From Octopus sinensis (lineage: Eukaryota), in the NCBI RefSeq assembly GCF_006345805.1, contig NC_043019.1:25729360-25793359 (forward strand): a DNA stretch of 64,000 nucleotides. The letters run 5' to 3'. The notes under the pieces are model-generated. The model ran no database searches. It saw nothing but the letters and a program-made list of their open reading frames with translations, and was not told where the DNA came from. Numbering within the stretch: position 1 is the stretch's first letter; each line of letters begins with the position of its first letter. Below are positions 25,568-39,851 of this stretch, piece after piece. The translations under genes and the position numbers were made by a program.

Positions 25568-26104
25568 GTATATATAATACATATATTATATGTATAAGTA
25601 TATATAGAAGGACAGAAAGACAGAGAAAGAGAGTGACATATGTCTGTATATGTGTATGTACATATTCCAGAGTTGGTTATAAAGTTTATTTCCAGCCTCT
25701 ATTATGTTTTATATCGCTTATAAAGAGAATGTGGAAGTGTCGAGTAAATCTGTCTTGTTTTCCATCGTAATAAAATTAAGTACAAAATAAAACCAAGCAC
25801 AATGTTCACATCTTCCTTCCGAAATATCCACATAAAACCACGTAATCCAATATATTTTAGCTAGTATCATTATAGGTTAACTTATTTCTCTCCTTTGTAT
25901 GTACATGGTATCGAAGAGATGTTAATTAAATCAGATAATGTAAGCACTAGATATACTTACACATTGCTTTTGTGCTGTTAATAATACAGTAGCTATTTCA
26001 TATGGTTTGCTACAAGAAATACTCATAAGAGTTGGATGTCTAAGCTGACTATCTATAGAAATTTAGATTCGTTATTCAGATTAGTTATGTTCTATAACAA
26101 GACT

Positions 26105-26487
26105 AGGAGGCGCAATGGCCCAGTGGTTAGGGCAGCGGACTCGCGGTCATAGGATCGCGGTTTCGATTCCCAGACCGGGCGTTGTGAGTGTTTATTGAGC
26201 GAAAACACCTAAAGCTCCACGAGGTTCCGACAGGGGATGGTGGTGATCCCTGCTGTACTCTTTCACCACAACTTTCTGTCACTCTTACTTCCTGTTTCTG
26301 TTGTACCTGTATTTCAAAGGGCCGGCCTTGTCACTCTCTGTGTCACGCCGAATATCCCCGAGAACTTCGTTAAGGGTACACGTGTCTGTGGAGTGCTCAG
26401 CCACTTACACGATAATTTCACGAGCAGGCTGTTCCGTTAATTTGGATCAACTGGAACCCTCGTCGTCGTAACTGACGGAGTGCTTCC
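26105..26487 (+). mobile_element. tRNA-derived SINE family C, full length, with TSD
   Basis: Head ggcgcaatggcccagtggttagggcagcggactcgcgg..gtttcgattccc; tail cgtcgtaactgacggagtgcttcc. It is flanked by ataacaagact(a)ggag at 26094 and 26488. Confidence 0.92.
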
Positions 26488-27239
26488 ATAACAAGACTGG
26501 AGAAATTTCTTCTTTTGCTTGCTAATTCTGGAAGAAGGAACACAGCCCATGATCTTTTAAGGCCCTCCGATCGTTGAGATTAATGCCGTTAAGGATCTGT
26601 TTAAGCTTCTTTACTTAGGTTGAACCAGCTCCGGCCAACGAGTCCCCCACGTCCCTCATGAATACTCACCATCTCTTTCGGTCGGTTACAGTCGTGACTG
26701 TAATGGATATCTCACTTCCGGTTTCATTTCACTGCCGAAGTCAATAGAAACGGAGGCCCGATTGTGCTTCTACGTCCACCTTTAAAGTGCTGTCAGTCAA
26801 CACTTGCATGAAGGACATGAACTGGGACTAGTTTCCAGAGGATTGAAATTCTGTGGAGGAAGGACTGACACTATGGTTAGTGCAAGGCCTAATGGGTCAG
26901 ACACAACAGGACTGACAAGACAGGAAGAGACTAGAGGGTTGGAAACGCCTGAATAGAGGGGACAAGAGCATCGGTCAGCATGAGAGAAACAGGGATCATT
27001 ATACTTGTGATAGAAAAGACAGAGAGGAGACTGTGAGCCCAATCATCGATAAATCTTTCGATACACGCGGTTTTGCATTTTATTGACTACATAGTGACAT
27101 ATTAAGAATTAAAGAGATTTTACAAGCATACTCACGCCCACACACGCATACATGCACACACACATACATATATTTGTGTGTGTATGTATGTATATTTATA
27201 TGTAAGAATATTTATATGTATGTATATATGTGAAAACAG

Positions 27240-27327
27240 AAAGATGAACAGACAGATAGATATATCGATAGACAGACTTGTAGACAGACATACAGACATG
27301 TAGATAGATAGATAGATAGATAGATAT

Positions 27328-27392
<65 letters not shown>

Positions 27393-27393
27393 C

Positions 27394-27492
<99 letters not shown>

Positions 27493-27495
27493 CAT
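27240..27495. repeat. (TAGA)n microsatellite
   Basis: Read directly from the sequence. Confidence 0.95.
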
Positions 27496-28399
27496 TAATA
27501 CACATACACCAAAGCTCACAGCACTGCACTCTATTCAAAACGTAGCTCATAAGGAGAGACGACAATTCGTGCGGGGATTTATTAAAAGGATAGATAGAAA
27601 GAAGCTGAGAGACAGTGAAATGCGCTAAAGTCATTCATAGTATATGAAGTATGTTATAACATGGATGATACAGTTGTCCTGATACAGGAGAATCTCCAAC
27701 TAGGATCATCCAAGGAAGCCCACCCGATCCAAGATTCCTCTGACCACCAAAAGACACGAGCCCTCTCTCGTGCACTCCGATCTAAAACGCATACTTAGGG
27801 TAAAGCCATTTACTCGAACCATTTTTGCCTCAAATCCACCGGGAAGGAGCTCTTCCCCCTCCATTCTCACTTTCCTTTCTAAATGGAATTTTAAAAAGTC
27901 GATGGGGGTTTGACCGAAGAGGACGATATCTTTTACCAGTCCTTACAGCCCCGTCAACCATACGGCCCCTTTCACCATAGCCACTAGACAAGGGAACGCC
28001 CATGATCGTTTTTCACAGGTCATGAGTTGAACGAATAGAGTGATAGTTTCTAACATAATCCCAAAGCCTCACATTTGAGAGGAGAGCAGAGTTATGATCA
28101 GTTTTTATCTCAGCATAAAGTTGAAGATTTATGTGAAATATAAATCGTGTGTGTGTGTGTGTGTGTATGTATTTTGCTAAAGTACGTGAAGGATCATATA
28201 TGCTTTTTCGTGTCAGTGGAACATTCAGTAATGCATACCAGATTGCGTCGATCATAATAGATATGCAGCATCAGCGATATTCGTTGAGTGCTCTTTCGAT
28301 GGTTCACCTATCTGCCAGCACACACATATACATACACACACAAACATACAGACACACATATGTGGATATATATATGTGTATGCACACACACATACAAAC

Positions 28400-28452
<53 letters not shown>

Positions 28453-28929
28453 CTATAATATATATATATATATATATAATATATGATAATGCATATGTGT
28501 ACGTGCGTGGGTGATGTGTAAGCATTTCTTGTATAACATTTTGTTTGGCATCTCAAGTGGTAATCTTTAGAACTAAATATTCTACAAGAAACAGATTCGT
28601 TTCCTGCATGCTGCACAGAATATTCAATGAACAGGGAAATGCAATGGCGACGATGTTATCTGTTTGAAAGCACAAGGAGAGTGAGACAGAGAGTGAGAGA
28701 GAGTGGGAAAGAGAGGATAAAGAGGGAGAGTGGGACACACGCTAAGGGAATACTGCAATGGAGTGATGACATTACCGTGCAATGATGTCAGAATATTTCA
28801 TATTCAATGTTGAGTAACTGACATGAAAACCAAGAATATGCGCGCGATCGAGTAAAATGCATGTTCATATTTAGCCAGCAATCTATCTATCTACCTATCT
28901 AAGTAACCATTCTTCCATGAATAGAAAGA

Positions 28930-29414
<485 letters not shown>

Positions 29415-29666
29415 TACACACGTACATACATATGTACAAACATAAATATTTGCAGACAATAGTTGAGAGCTAGATATGCTCAACATAAAATGCATATAGT
29501 AGTGTTCAAAGGGATTTGAACACATTTCCCGAGTTCTTTGTTCAGGGCATCAAAATTGACTCAAACAGAAACGTAAATAGGTCTGATTTGAATGTAGTAA
29601 TTCAGATAAACACAGCTTTCTCATTCCATCTCGCTCTCTTTCTCTCTCTCTCTCTCTATCTATAAA

Positions 29667-29908
29667 AATTTATATTATTTAAAATACATATCAAAATTAT
29701 TAAAAAGATAATGAGTATAACACTACCTCACACACACACACACTCTCTCTGTGTATACATTGTTAAACCTCGCTAAGATAAATATTTCAATCACCTGAAG
29801 ATTGACTGTAACTCGAATTATTATGAATTGGACAGCCATGAAACGATGGTAGTGTTATACTCATTATCTTTTTAATAATTTTGATATATATTTTAAATAA
29901 TATAAATT
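29667..29908. mobile_element. Foldback element with 61-bp near-perfect inverted repeats
   Basis: 29667-29727 matches the reverse complement of 29848-29908 at 60 of 61 positions, with a 120-bp spacer. Confidence 0.9.
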
Positions 29909-30568
29909 AATTAATCTTATGTATTGGCTTAAGTTTTTCATTGTATGATTTGTCTAATAGTGGTTTTATCTCTAATTTAATATAATATATATATATGTAA
30001 ATGTGTGTGTGTGTGTGTGTATGTATGCATATATATAGACACGTAAGTAGATGGATAGATAAGTAAACACCCAGAGATTTTGATTGATAGATAGATACAT
30101 AGATAGAGCACAAGAAATATAGAACATAGTGAAGAAAATATGCAATTCTTAAACTCGACAGCTGTTTCATAATGCACAGAATTATGTAATTAACATAATA
30201 ATCACAGTTTGCACATGAAATGTGCAAAACGCCAAGGCTATGTAACCGGTAACTAGTCAAGGAAAGATTGGTGCATGCGCAATAGTGACAGAGACAGTCG
30301 GATGATGGTTCATCAGGCTGAAACTTCGAAGCGACTGTCAATATTACTCATTTTAAATAATGTAAGGTATGCAATACATCAATAAGATACATAGCGATAT
30401 CTAAACATATGCAAATTTATCCTATAAATATATATTTTTCACTTTCATGAGAGAAACTAGTGAAGGGTTTTTTTATGTTATATATACATTTTACTTCGGT
30501 TTTATATTTAAGTGATGTGGAATTATGTACATTATTTACATTACTTACATTATTTACATATGCCCACA

Positions 30569-30640
30569 GGCAAATAGCGTAGTGGTTAAGAGCGCAGGCT
30601 ACTAACCCCAATATTCCGAGTTCGATTCCAGGCAGTGACC
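30569..30640 (+). mobile_element. Short tRNA-derived SINE (tRNA-like head followed directly by a TAC/TAA tail)
   Basis: tagcgtagtggtt (A box) and gagttcgattcc (B box) are present, but there is no acceptor stem pairing. Confidence 0.6.
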
Positions 30641-30699
30641 AGAATACTACAACTACTACTAATAATAATAATAATAATTATTATTATTATTATTATAAC

Positions 30700-31090
30700 A
30701 ATACTACTCTTAATAATGGTTTCAAATTTTGCCACAAGAGCAATTTTTTTGGGGGGGGGAATAAGTAAATTACATTGGCCCCAGTGTTCAACTGGTATTT
30801 ATTTTATCCATCCCGAAATGATGAAAGGCAAAGTGAACCGCAGCGGAATTTGAACTCGGAACGTAGCGGCAGGCGAAATACCGCTAAGATGTTTGCCCGG
30901 CATGCTAACGATTCTGTCAGTTCGCTACAACAACAACAATAATAATAATAATAATAATTTCTACTATAGGTACAAGGTCTGAAAGTTTAGGGGGCGGAGG
31001 TCTGTCGATTAGATCGGCCCCAGTACGACGCAACTGGTATTTAATTTATCGATCCCGAAAGGATGGAAGGCAAAGTCAACCTCGGTGAAT
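30700..31090 (-). mobile_element. Two SINE family B copies in (TAA)n context
   Basis: gatgaaaggcaaagtgaaccgcagcggaatttgaactc (about 30830) and gatggaaggcaaagtcaacctcgg (about 31065). Confidence 0.8.
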
Positions 31091-31163
31091 TTTAAACATG
31101 ATAATAATGATAATGATGACGATAAGGATAATAATAATAATGATAATAATAATAATAATAATA

Positions 31164-31202
<39 letters not shown>

Positions 31203-31797
31203 TCCTCAATTTGCCTTAAGACGTGGGAAGTTGTACAACGAGAAAAATTTGCGCATCATTGCGTGGGAGTGGCTTAAGGAATCGATTATTAAATGTAGAG
31301 AGAAAACAGGTATTAAAAATAAACAAAAGATAAAGATAAATTTAGTTTTATGCCATGATATGTAAATGCTGTGGGTGGAAAACAAAATCACCAACATAAA
31401 CTTCCTGAGGAACAACCAATAAAGCATTAATTCGTGCAATGTCTTCCCGTTAGCGTTTCTAATTTAAATTACCGTTAAACTAACTGAAAGTATAATTTCA
31501 TTTAAATGCTTCAAATTTCATTTATTTTCGGAGGAGAAAATGTTGTTTAAGGGTAATTATGGTAGCTGACAATGCAGCGATTTCACCGTTGATGTTGGTG
31601 TCGCTGATGGTCGACAACGTTACATTTTCCGTGCGTCTGCTACTTGAAATTGTAATTTTTAAACATAAAAATCCTACGAAAATCCATTAAATATTACATT
31701 TGATTATCTACGAATTAAATTAGAAACAACAGGTAATCATAGATAGAAATACATATATATGTGTATACATACATACATATATATATATGTATTAATC

Positions 31798-31828
<31 letters not shown>

Positions 31829-32136
31829 ATGTATATACAAACATATATATATATATATAAATTACAGAACCAACTTTGTCTTTTTTATTTTGTACTTTAC
31901 TTAATTATTGGTATATGTTTTATCGTATATTTAATTTTTTTCTATATGGTATAATTTAATTATATCATTGTTATTTCATTGTTGAATTGATAAAAGGTTG
32001 GTTCTTCTATAATTTATATACATATATTATATATTATGAAATTTGATTATAATTACTAAATTGAATTTTTCCAGTAAGTTTGGAATAATATTCCCTAATA
32101 TTATTATTTATATATATATTATATATATATATAATA

Positions 32137-32201
<65 letters not shown>

Positions 32202-32220
32202 CCTGGCACTATATATACAC

Positions 32221-32705
<485 letters not shown>

Positions 32706-33061
32706 AACACACACATAAAGATATTCATTTATTTATATAAATATGGTAAAAAAAAACTCCATAAAATTCCCCACGTGATGAATTATAGGACAAAATAAAA
32801 AAAGGAAATACAGTGATATTAAGATTTTCTTTGTGAAATATGATTATATAATCAACCGGCTTCGTTCGCTTAAGCTCTTCATGATGGAGCAATTAGTGGT
32901 GATGATATAATTTCATTCTCCTAACAGTTTTAGATGAGATTCCGCCTGATAAAACATTGCGTTTGATTAATCTTCCTTAATAATATCATGATTATCTTTG
33001 AAACAGGTATGAAAGTTTTATGAGTAAATACATTTTTCAGTTATATTCTCCAATCTTGTTT

Positions 33062-33476
33062 CGTTTTATTTGTTTTAGCTGTTTCAGTCCTTTGAGTGCG
33101 GCCACGCTGGAGCACCACCTTAAGGGGATTTTAGCTGAAGAAATCAGCCTCAGAACTCATTCTTTGTAAGCCTAGTACTTATTCTAGGTCTCTTTTTCCG
33201 AACCGCTAAGTTACGGAAACAGAAACACACCAGCATCTGTTGTCAAGCGATGGCGGGGGCACAAACACAGACATACGCATAAATATATATGTGTGCGTGT
33301 GTGTGTGTGTGTGCGTATTTCCGACGGGCTTCTTTCGGTTTCTGTCTACCAAATCCACTCACGAGGCTTTGGTCTGTCCGAGCTTATTGTAGAAAACACT
33401 TGCTCAAGGTGCAACGCAGTGGGACTGAACCTGGAACCATGTGGTTGGGAAGCAAGCTTCTTATCATACAGCCCCT
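33062..33476 (-). mobile_element. SINE family A (duplicate at about 34737-35151)
   Basis: Homologous to 2143-2555. Confidence 0.88.
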
Positions 33477-33832
33477 CTTTATATGTGCATGTGTGTGTTT
33501 GTACTTACAGATGTATATATATATGTGTGTGTGTGTGTGTATGTATATACAAACATATATATATATATATAAATTACAGAACAACTTTGTCTTTTTTATT
33601 TTGTACTTTACTTAATTATTGGTATATGTTTTATCGTATATTTAATTTTTTTCTATATGGTATAATTTAATTATATCATTGTTATTTCATTGTTGAATTG
33701 ATAAAAGGTTGGTTCTTCTATAATTTATATACATATATTATATATTATGAAATTTGATTATAATTACTAAATTGAATTTTTCCAGTAAGTTTGGAATAAT
33801 ATTCCCTAATATTATTATTTATATATATATAT

Positions 33833-33885
<53 letters not shown>

Positions 33886-34251
33886 CCTGGCACTATATAT
33901 ACACGAGGGTTCCAGATGATTCGATCAACGGAACAGCCTGCTCGTGAAATTAACGTGCAAGTGGCTGAGCACTCCACAGACACGTGTAACCTTAACGTAG
34001 TTCTCGGGGAGATTCAGCGAGACACAGAGTGTAACATGGCTGGCCCTTTGAAATACAGGTACAACAGGTAGAAAGAGTGAGAGAAAGTTGTGGTGAGAGA
34101 GTACAGCAGCGTTCGCCACCCCTCTGCCGGAACCACGTGGAGATTTAGGCGTTTTCCCTCAATAAACACTCACAACGCCCGGTTCTGGTAATCGAAACTG
34201 TAATTCTACGACCGCGAGTCCGCTGTCCTAACCACTAGGCCATTGCGCCAC

Positions 34252-34284
<33 letters not shown>

Positions 34285-34285
34285 A

Positions 34286-34322
<37 letters not shown>

Positions 34323-35189
34323 ATATATATATGCGTGTGTGTGTATATATATATATATATATATTATATACACACACACAAACACACACATAAAGATATT
34401 CATTTATTTATATAAATATGGTAAAAAAAAACTCCATAAAATTCCCCACGTGATGAATTATAGGACAAAATAAAAAAAGGAAATACAGTGATATTAAGAT
34501 TTTCTTTGTGAAATATGATTATATAATCAACCGGCTTCGTTCGCTTAAGCTCTTCATGATGGAGCAATTAGTGGTGATGATATAATTTCATTCTCCTAAC
34601 AGTTTTAGATGAGATTCCGCCTGATAAAACATTGCGTTTGATTAATCTTCCTTAATAATATCATGATTATCTTTGAAACAGGTATGAAAGTTTTATGAGT
34701 AAATACATTTTTCAGTTATATTCTCCAATCTTGTTTCGTTTTATTTGTTTTAGCTGTTTCAGTCCTTTGAGTGCGGCCACGCTGGAGCACCACCTTAAGG
34801 GGATTTTAGCTGAAGAAATCAGCCTCAGAACTCATTCTTTGTAAGCCTAGTACTTATTCTAGGTCTCTTTTTCCGAACCGCTAAGTTACGGAAACAGAAA
34901 CACACCAGCATCTGTTGTCAAGCGATGGCGGGGGCACAAACACAGACATACGCATAAATATATATGTGTGCGTGTGTGTGTGTGTGTGCGTATTTCCGAC
35001 GGGCTTCTTTCGGTTTCTGTCTACCAAATCCACTCACGAGGCTTTGGTCTGTCCGAGCTTATTGTAGAAAACACTTGCTCAAGGTGCAACGCAGTGGGAC
35101 TGAACCTGGAACCATGTGGTTGGGAAGCAAGCTTCTTATCATACAGCCCCGTCTTTATATGTGCATGTGTGTGTTTGTACTTACAGATG

Positions 35190-35259
<70 letters not shown>

Positions 35260-35731
35260 TGTATACATACATTTATGTATGTATGTTTGTATGTATGGAT
35301 TTCATGTATTTGTGTAATTGTCTCTCATCAAAGCAGTTCCTCGGATCGGCCTCAATTCAATGACTAGAACAACTTGATGAATATATTTTAACTTCTGTGT
35401 GTGTTTGTGTGTCTTTGTGTTTATCTGTGTTCGCATGTCATTATGAGCAGTTTATTAATGCAAACCATTTCACCTATACTTTTGTCGAGTACAAATTTAC
35501 TATTTTTAAACAAGAATATCATTGGCAGTAACTCGGAAGTTTCGACTGACTAAGCCATATAAAATCAAAATAGCGGATCATAGTTAATTAATTAATCCTT
35601 TAATTAATAACTGAAACAATATTCCAGGCTTTACCTTCATAAATATTACTTAATTCTTTCTGCCGCTCAACGGTAAACCTGTGCTACGGCAGCTCATTGT
35701 CTGGGAGCAACTTATATGGAGACACGCTCAC

Positions 35732-35769
35732 CGGTTCGTTTGCTTTGTGGGTTTGGGTTCGGGTTCCAT
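35732..35769 (-). CDS. Possible first coding exon of an unidentified gene (MEPEPKPTKQTN-R, phase 2 donor)
   Basis: Minus strand reads gaaaATGGAACCCGAACCC...AACCG|gtgagc, with strong start context and a donor-like site in unique sequence. No downstream exon or homology was recognised. Confidence 0.22.
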
Positions 35770-36289
35770 TTTCTCAGAACTTTCCAAGAGTTTCTATTTT
35801 GTAACGTAGAGTTCATGTAATATTTTATTACTTGTGTCCTTTCCCACTTTGCTCTTACATTTTTTTTTCATCCACGTGACATCATTATTTGTAACCACAA
35901 AATACTGCAAAATCCACTGATTTCAGTTGCTGCTGCTGCTGTTGCGGATGTTGTTGTTGTTATTTTGATCGAAAAGATGGTGGTTGTTTATCTTTTTAAC
36001 TCTAACACAGAAAATATGGCAGCGAAGAAATTGTTTGCCGTGATTGAGGGAGATAAGATTTCGAAGGAAAAATAAATCTCTGGAGTTAAGACTAGAGATT
36101 ATATCTGAGTCGATAGTCGATGTTATTGGCTGTTGCTTTTATAATTGTTCACATTTAAACGAAGATAATGGAAAAAATTTTTTCTTGTGAATTTTACAAT
36201 TTTTTTAGTTTATAGTTTGTATGTTTTCCCTAAAACAATCTAAATTTGGAATTTATCGGAAGCCAGATATTTTGAATGTTCTGATAACA

Positions 36290-36390
36290 TAAATAATAAT
36301 AATGATAATAATAATATAATATAATAATATAATAATATAATAATAATAATAATAATTATAATTATAATAATAATAATAATAATAATAACG

Positions 36391-36428
<38 letters not shown>

Positions 36429-36434
36429 TATAAT

Positions 36435-36504
<70 letters not shown>

Positions 36505-36567
36505 TAATAAATAATAATAATAATAATAATAATAATAACGATAATAATAATAATAATAATGATAATT

Positions 36568-36599
<32 letters not shown>

Positions 36600-36610
36600 T
36601 AATAATAATG

Positions 36611-36647
<37 letters not shown>

Positions 36648-36655
36648 TAATAAAA
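36290..36655. repeat. Long (TAA)n microsatellite
   Basis: Read directly from the sequence. Confidence 0.97.
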
Positions 36656-36769
36656 GAGATCCTGTGAGACCTCAGACAGCAGGTCCGGTCTCACTGAGTC
36701 GTCCAAAGCAAGTAAGAGCGAAGTAATTACGAATAACAACAAGGATTGTTTCAAACTTTTGCACAAGGC

Positions 36770-36968
36770 CAGCAGTTTTTAGAGGGATGGTGTTAGTCGA
36801 TTGCATTTACCACTCAGTATATGACTGGTACTTTATTTTATCGACTCCGAAAAGGATGAAAGGCAAAGTTGATCTCAGTGGTATTCTAATTCGGAACATA
36901 AAGATCTGGAACAAAATACCGTTAAGCATTTTGTCCAGCACACAAGCGATTCAACCATTTCGCCATCT
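36770..36968 (-). mobile_element. Diverged SINE family B
   Basis: ctggtactttattttatcgactccgaaaaggatgaaaggcaaagttgatctc. Confidence 0.8.
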
Positions 36969-38094
36969 TATATGTAATATAAGTTCTCACGTGGTGAGAG
37001 CATTAAGCAGTGATAAGTATAAATGCAATGTTATTACAAGTCCGAATATGCTTGAAGCACGTTCGAACTTGTAAACAAGCCATTCACCGTGTTTTCCCAT
37101 GGAGAAAATTTCTCACTGTAGACGTATGGTGAAAATACACCCAGATCAACTTGCAGCGTTACCTATACACTCAAATCAGCTCGCAGCGCCACCTGTCCAG
37201 ATTGTGATATTAACAATGATTTCTTTATTGACTCGAATGGCCGCATAGAAACTTCTAACGAAATATAAAGAGAATGAATTGTGGTGATTTCCATACAATC
37301 CTTTGCGCGATAATGAACAGTAATTAATAAAAGAGTTCGAACAACAAAATTCCCCCAACGGTGGAGAAACGCCACCAGGGGTAACAAAGAAAGTTCTTAC
37401 ATTCCGAACCAGCCTACTCACCAGGAGTACCAAAGCAAGTCCTCCTCTTTTCTCGCACTCGGGCCATCTTCGGTACATTCGCCACCTACCTTTCTACAAA
37501 TATTTAGGGTGTGGTGCAACGCCTCCCACTCAAACTCCACCTACCTTTTTAAGTGGAATTGAAAATGGTTGGCCGTAGGGGAAAGTAACTGTTTTCAGTC
37601 CTTTCACTCTCTTCCAACTCACAAACACATTTACCATTCACTGCGGTTAGAGAAACAAAAGTTGGAGACAGGACGATTTCGATGCTGGATTCGGCCGATA
37701 GCCGGACCTATCATTAAAAGCCAATGAACATTGCATATTTTACATATTCTAGAAATACCAAAGCCACCCGGTATTTCATCAGACCCAGTGAACACCGGAG
37801 AAAATATAAAAAATATTTTCTAGAAATGTCAGAGTCACTTGGTATTTCACCCGAGCCACTGAATACTCTAGACATTATATAACTATTTTCAGGAATTATC
37901 AGTTCCGTTTTACATTTCACCAAAGCTATATAACTTAGTAATATCTTACAAAAAATAATTCTGTCTACTTCTATTTCACCAGAGAGAATTTTGTTTTTCT
38001 CTGCTGTTAAAATATGATACGATGTTGAAAGCTGGTTTCTAATCTAGATTCAAGACGCCTTCGTTGGAATTTCAACATCAACAACAGAGTATTT

Positions 38095-38146
38095 TTGTTT
38101 GTATGTATGTATGTATGTATGTATGTATGTATGTATGTATGTATGC

Positions 38147-38179
<33 letters not shown>

Positions 38180-38429
38180 TGCATTTATGTATGTATGTAT
38201 GTATGTATGTATGTATGTATGTATGTATGTATGATGTATGTATGCATGTATGTATGTATGTATGTATGTATGTAAGTATGTATGTATGTATGTATGCATG
38301 CATGCATGCATGTATGTATGTATGCATTTATGTATGTATGTATGTATGTATGTATGCATGTATGCATGTATGCATGTATGCATGTATGTATGTATGTATG
38401 TATGTATGTATGTATGTATGTATGTATGC

Positions 38430-38462
<33 letters not shown>

Positions 38463-38705
38463 TGCATTTATGTATGTATGTATGTATGTATGTATGTATG
38501 TATGTATGTATGTATGTATGTATGCATACATGTATGTATGTATGTATGTATGTATGTAAGTATGTATGTATGTATGTATGCATGCATGCATGCATGTATG
38601 TATGTATGCATTTATGTATGTATGTATGTATGTATGTATGCATGTATGCATGTATGCATGTATGCATGTATGTATGTATGTATGTATGTATGTACTCGTA
38701 TGTAT
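38095..38705. repeat. (TATG)n array with a higher-order duplication of about 285-305 bp
   Basis: The same ordered series of interruptions (gcatat, gcattt, gtaagt, gcatgcatgcatg, gcattt, (gcatgtat)n) appears twice, from about 38145 and 38428. Confidence 0.88.
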
Positions 38706-39235
38706 GTATGTGCAGATTTGCATGTTTTATTTCATGCATGGATACCTGTTGAGCTGCTGTTTTCGTTCTATTCCTCGGTTGTGTTGCTGTCTATGTTGTG
38801 TCCAGCCATGTTGTTTGTAGCAAATCTCTCCATGGTCAATTCCATTTTCAGTCGAAAATCACTACGATCTTAGATAAAAGACTCCCGCAGTTAATTTACC
38901 TGAAGATCAACCAGTTATTTAACAGGGTTGATAGTTGTAGCTTCAAAGTTGAAGAGAGTATTTTCGATAAATTGTATCCCACGTCAAATACACGACTTGA
39001 TGCTTCGAGTGTGTGATGTATGTATGTATGTATGTATGTATGTATGTATGTATGTATGTATGCATGCATGTAAGTATGTATGTATGTATGTATGTATGTA
39101 TGTATGTATGTATGTTTGTACGTATGTATGTATGTATGTATGGATGGATGTATGTATGTATGTATTATGTATGCATGTATGTAATTCACAGCTCTGTAGA
39201 GCAACTTTGTTCTTTATACTATTTCATTCACTGAA

Positions 39236-39851
39236 GGCGGCGAGCTGGCAGAAACGTTAGCAGGCCGGGCGAAATGTTTAGCAACATTTCGTCTGCCGTT
39301 ACGTTCTGAGTTCAAATTCCGCCGAGGTCGACTTTGTCTTTCATCCTATCGGGGTCGATTAAATAAGTACCAGTTACGCACTGGGGTCGATATAATCGGC
39401 TTAATCCGTTTATCTACCCTTGTTTGTCCTCTCTGTGTTTAGCCCCTTGTGGGTAGTAAATAAATAGGTATTCCGTCTGTCTTTACGTTCTGAGCTCAAA
39501 TTCCGCCGGGGTCGACTTTGCCTTTGATCCTTTCAGGGTCGATTAAATAAGTACCAGTTATGCACTGGGGGTCGATATAATCAACTTAATCCGTTTGTTT
39601 GTCCTTGTTTGTCCCCTCTCTTTGTAGCCCCTTGTGGGTAGTAAAGAAATAAGAAACGATAGAACGCCGGTCGAAATGCTTAGCGGTATTTCGTCTGTCT
39701 TTACGTTCTGAGTTCAAATTCCGCCGGGGTCGACTTTGCCTTTCATCCTTTCGAGGTCGATAAATTAATTACCAGTTGCGTACAGAGATCGATCTAATCG
39801 ACTGGTCCTCTCCCCAAAAATTTCCGGCCTTGTGCCTAGAGTAGAAAGGAA
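39236..39851 (+). mobile_element. Trimeric SINE family B unit flanked by one 16-bp TSD
   Basis: tatttcattcactgaa occurs at 39220-39235 and 39852-39867. Three central domains lie inside (about 39325, 39505, 39730). Confidence 0.9.

Noticed and set aside
30569-30640. tRNA-like sequences here and at SINE heads (e.g. 19961, 26105)
   Set aside because: A and B boxes are present, but there is no pairable acceptor stem or full cloverleaf, and they continue into SINE bodies or tails. They are not tRNA genes.
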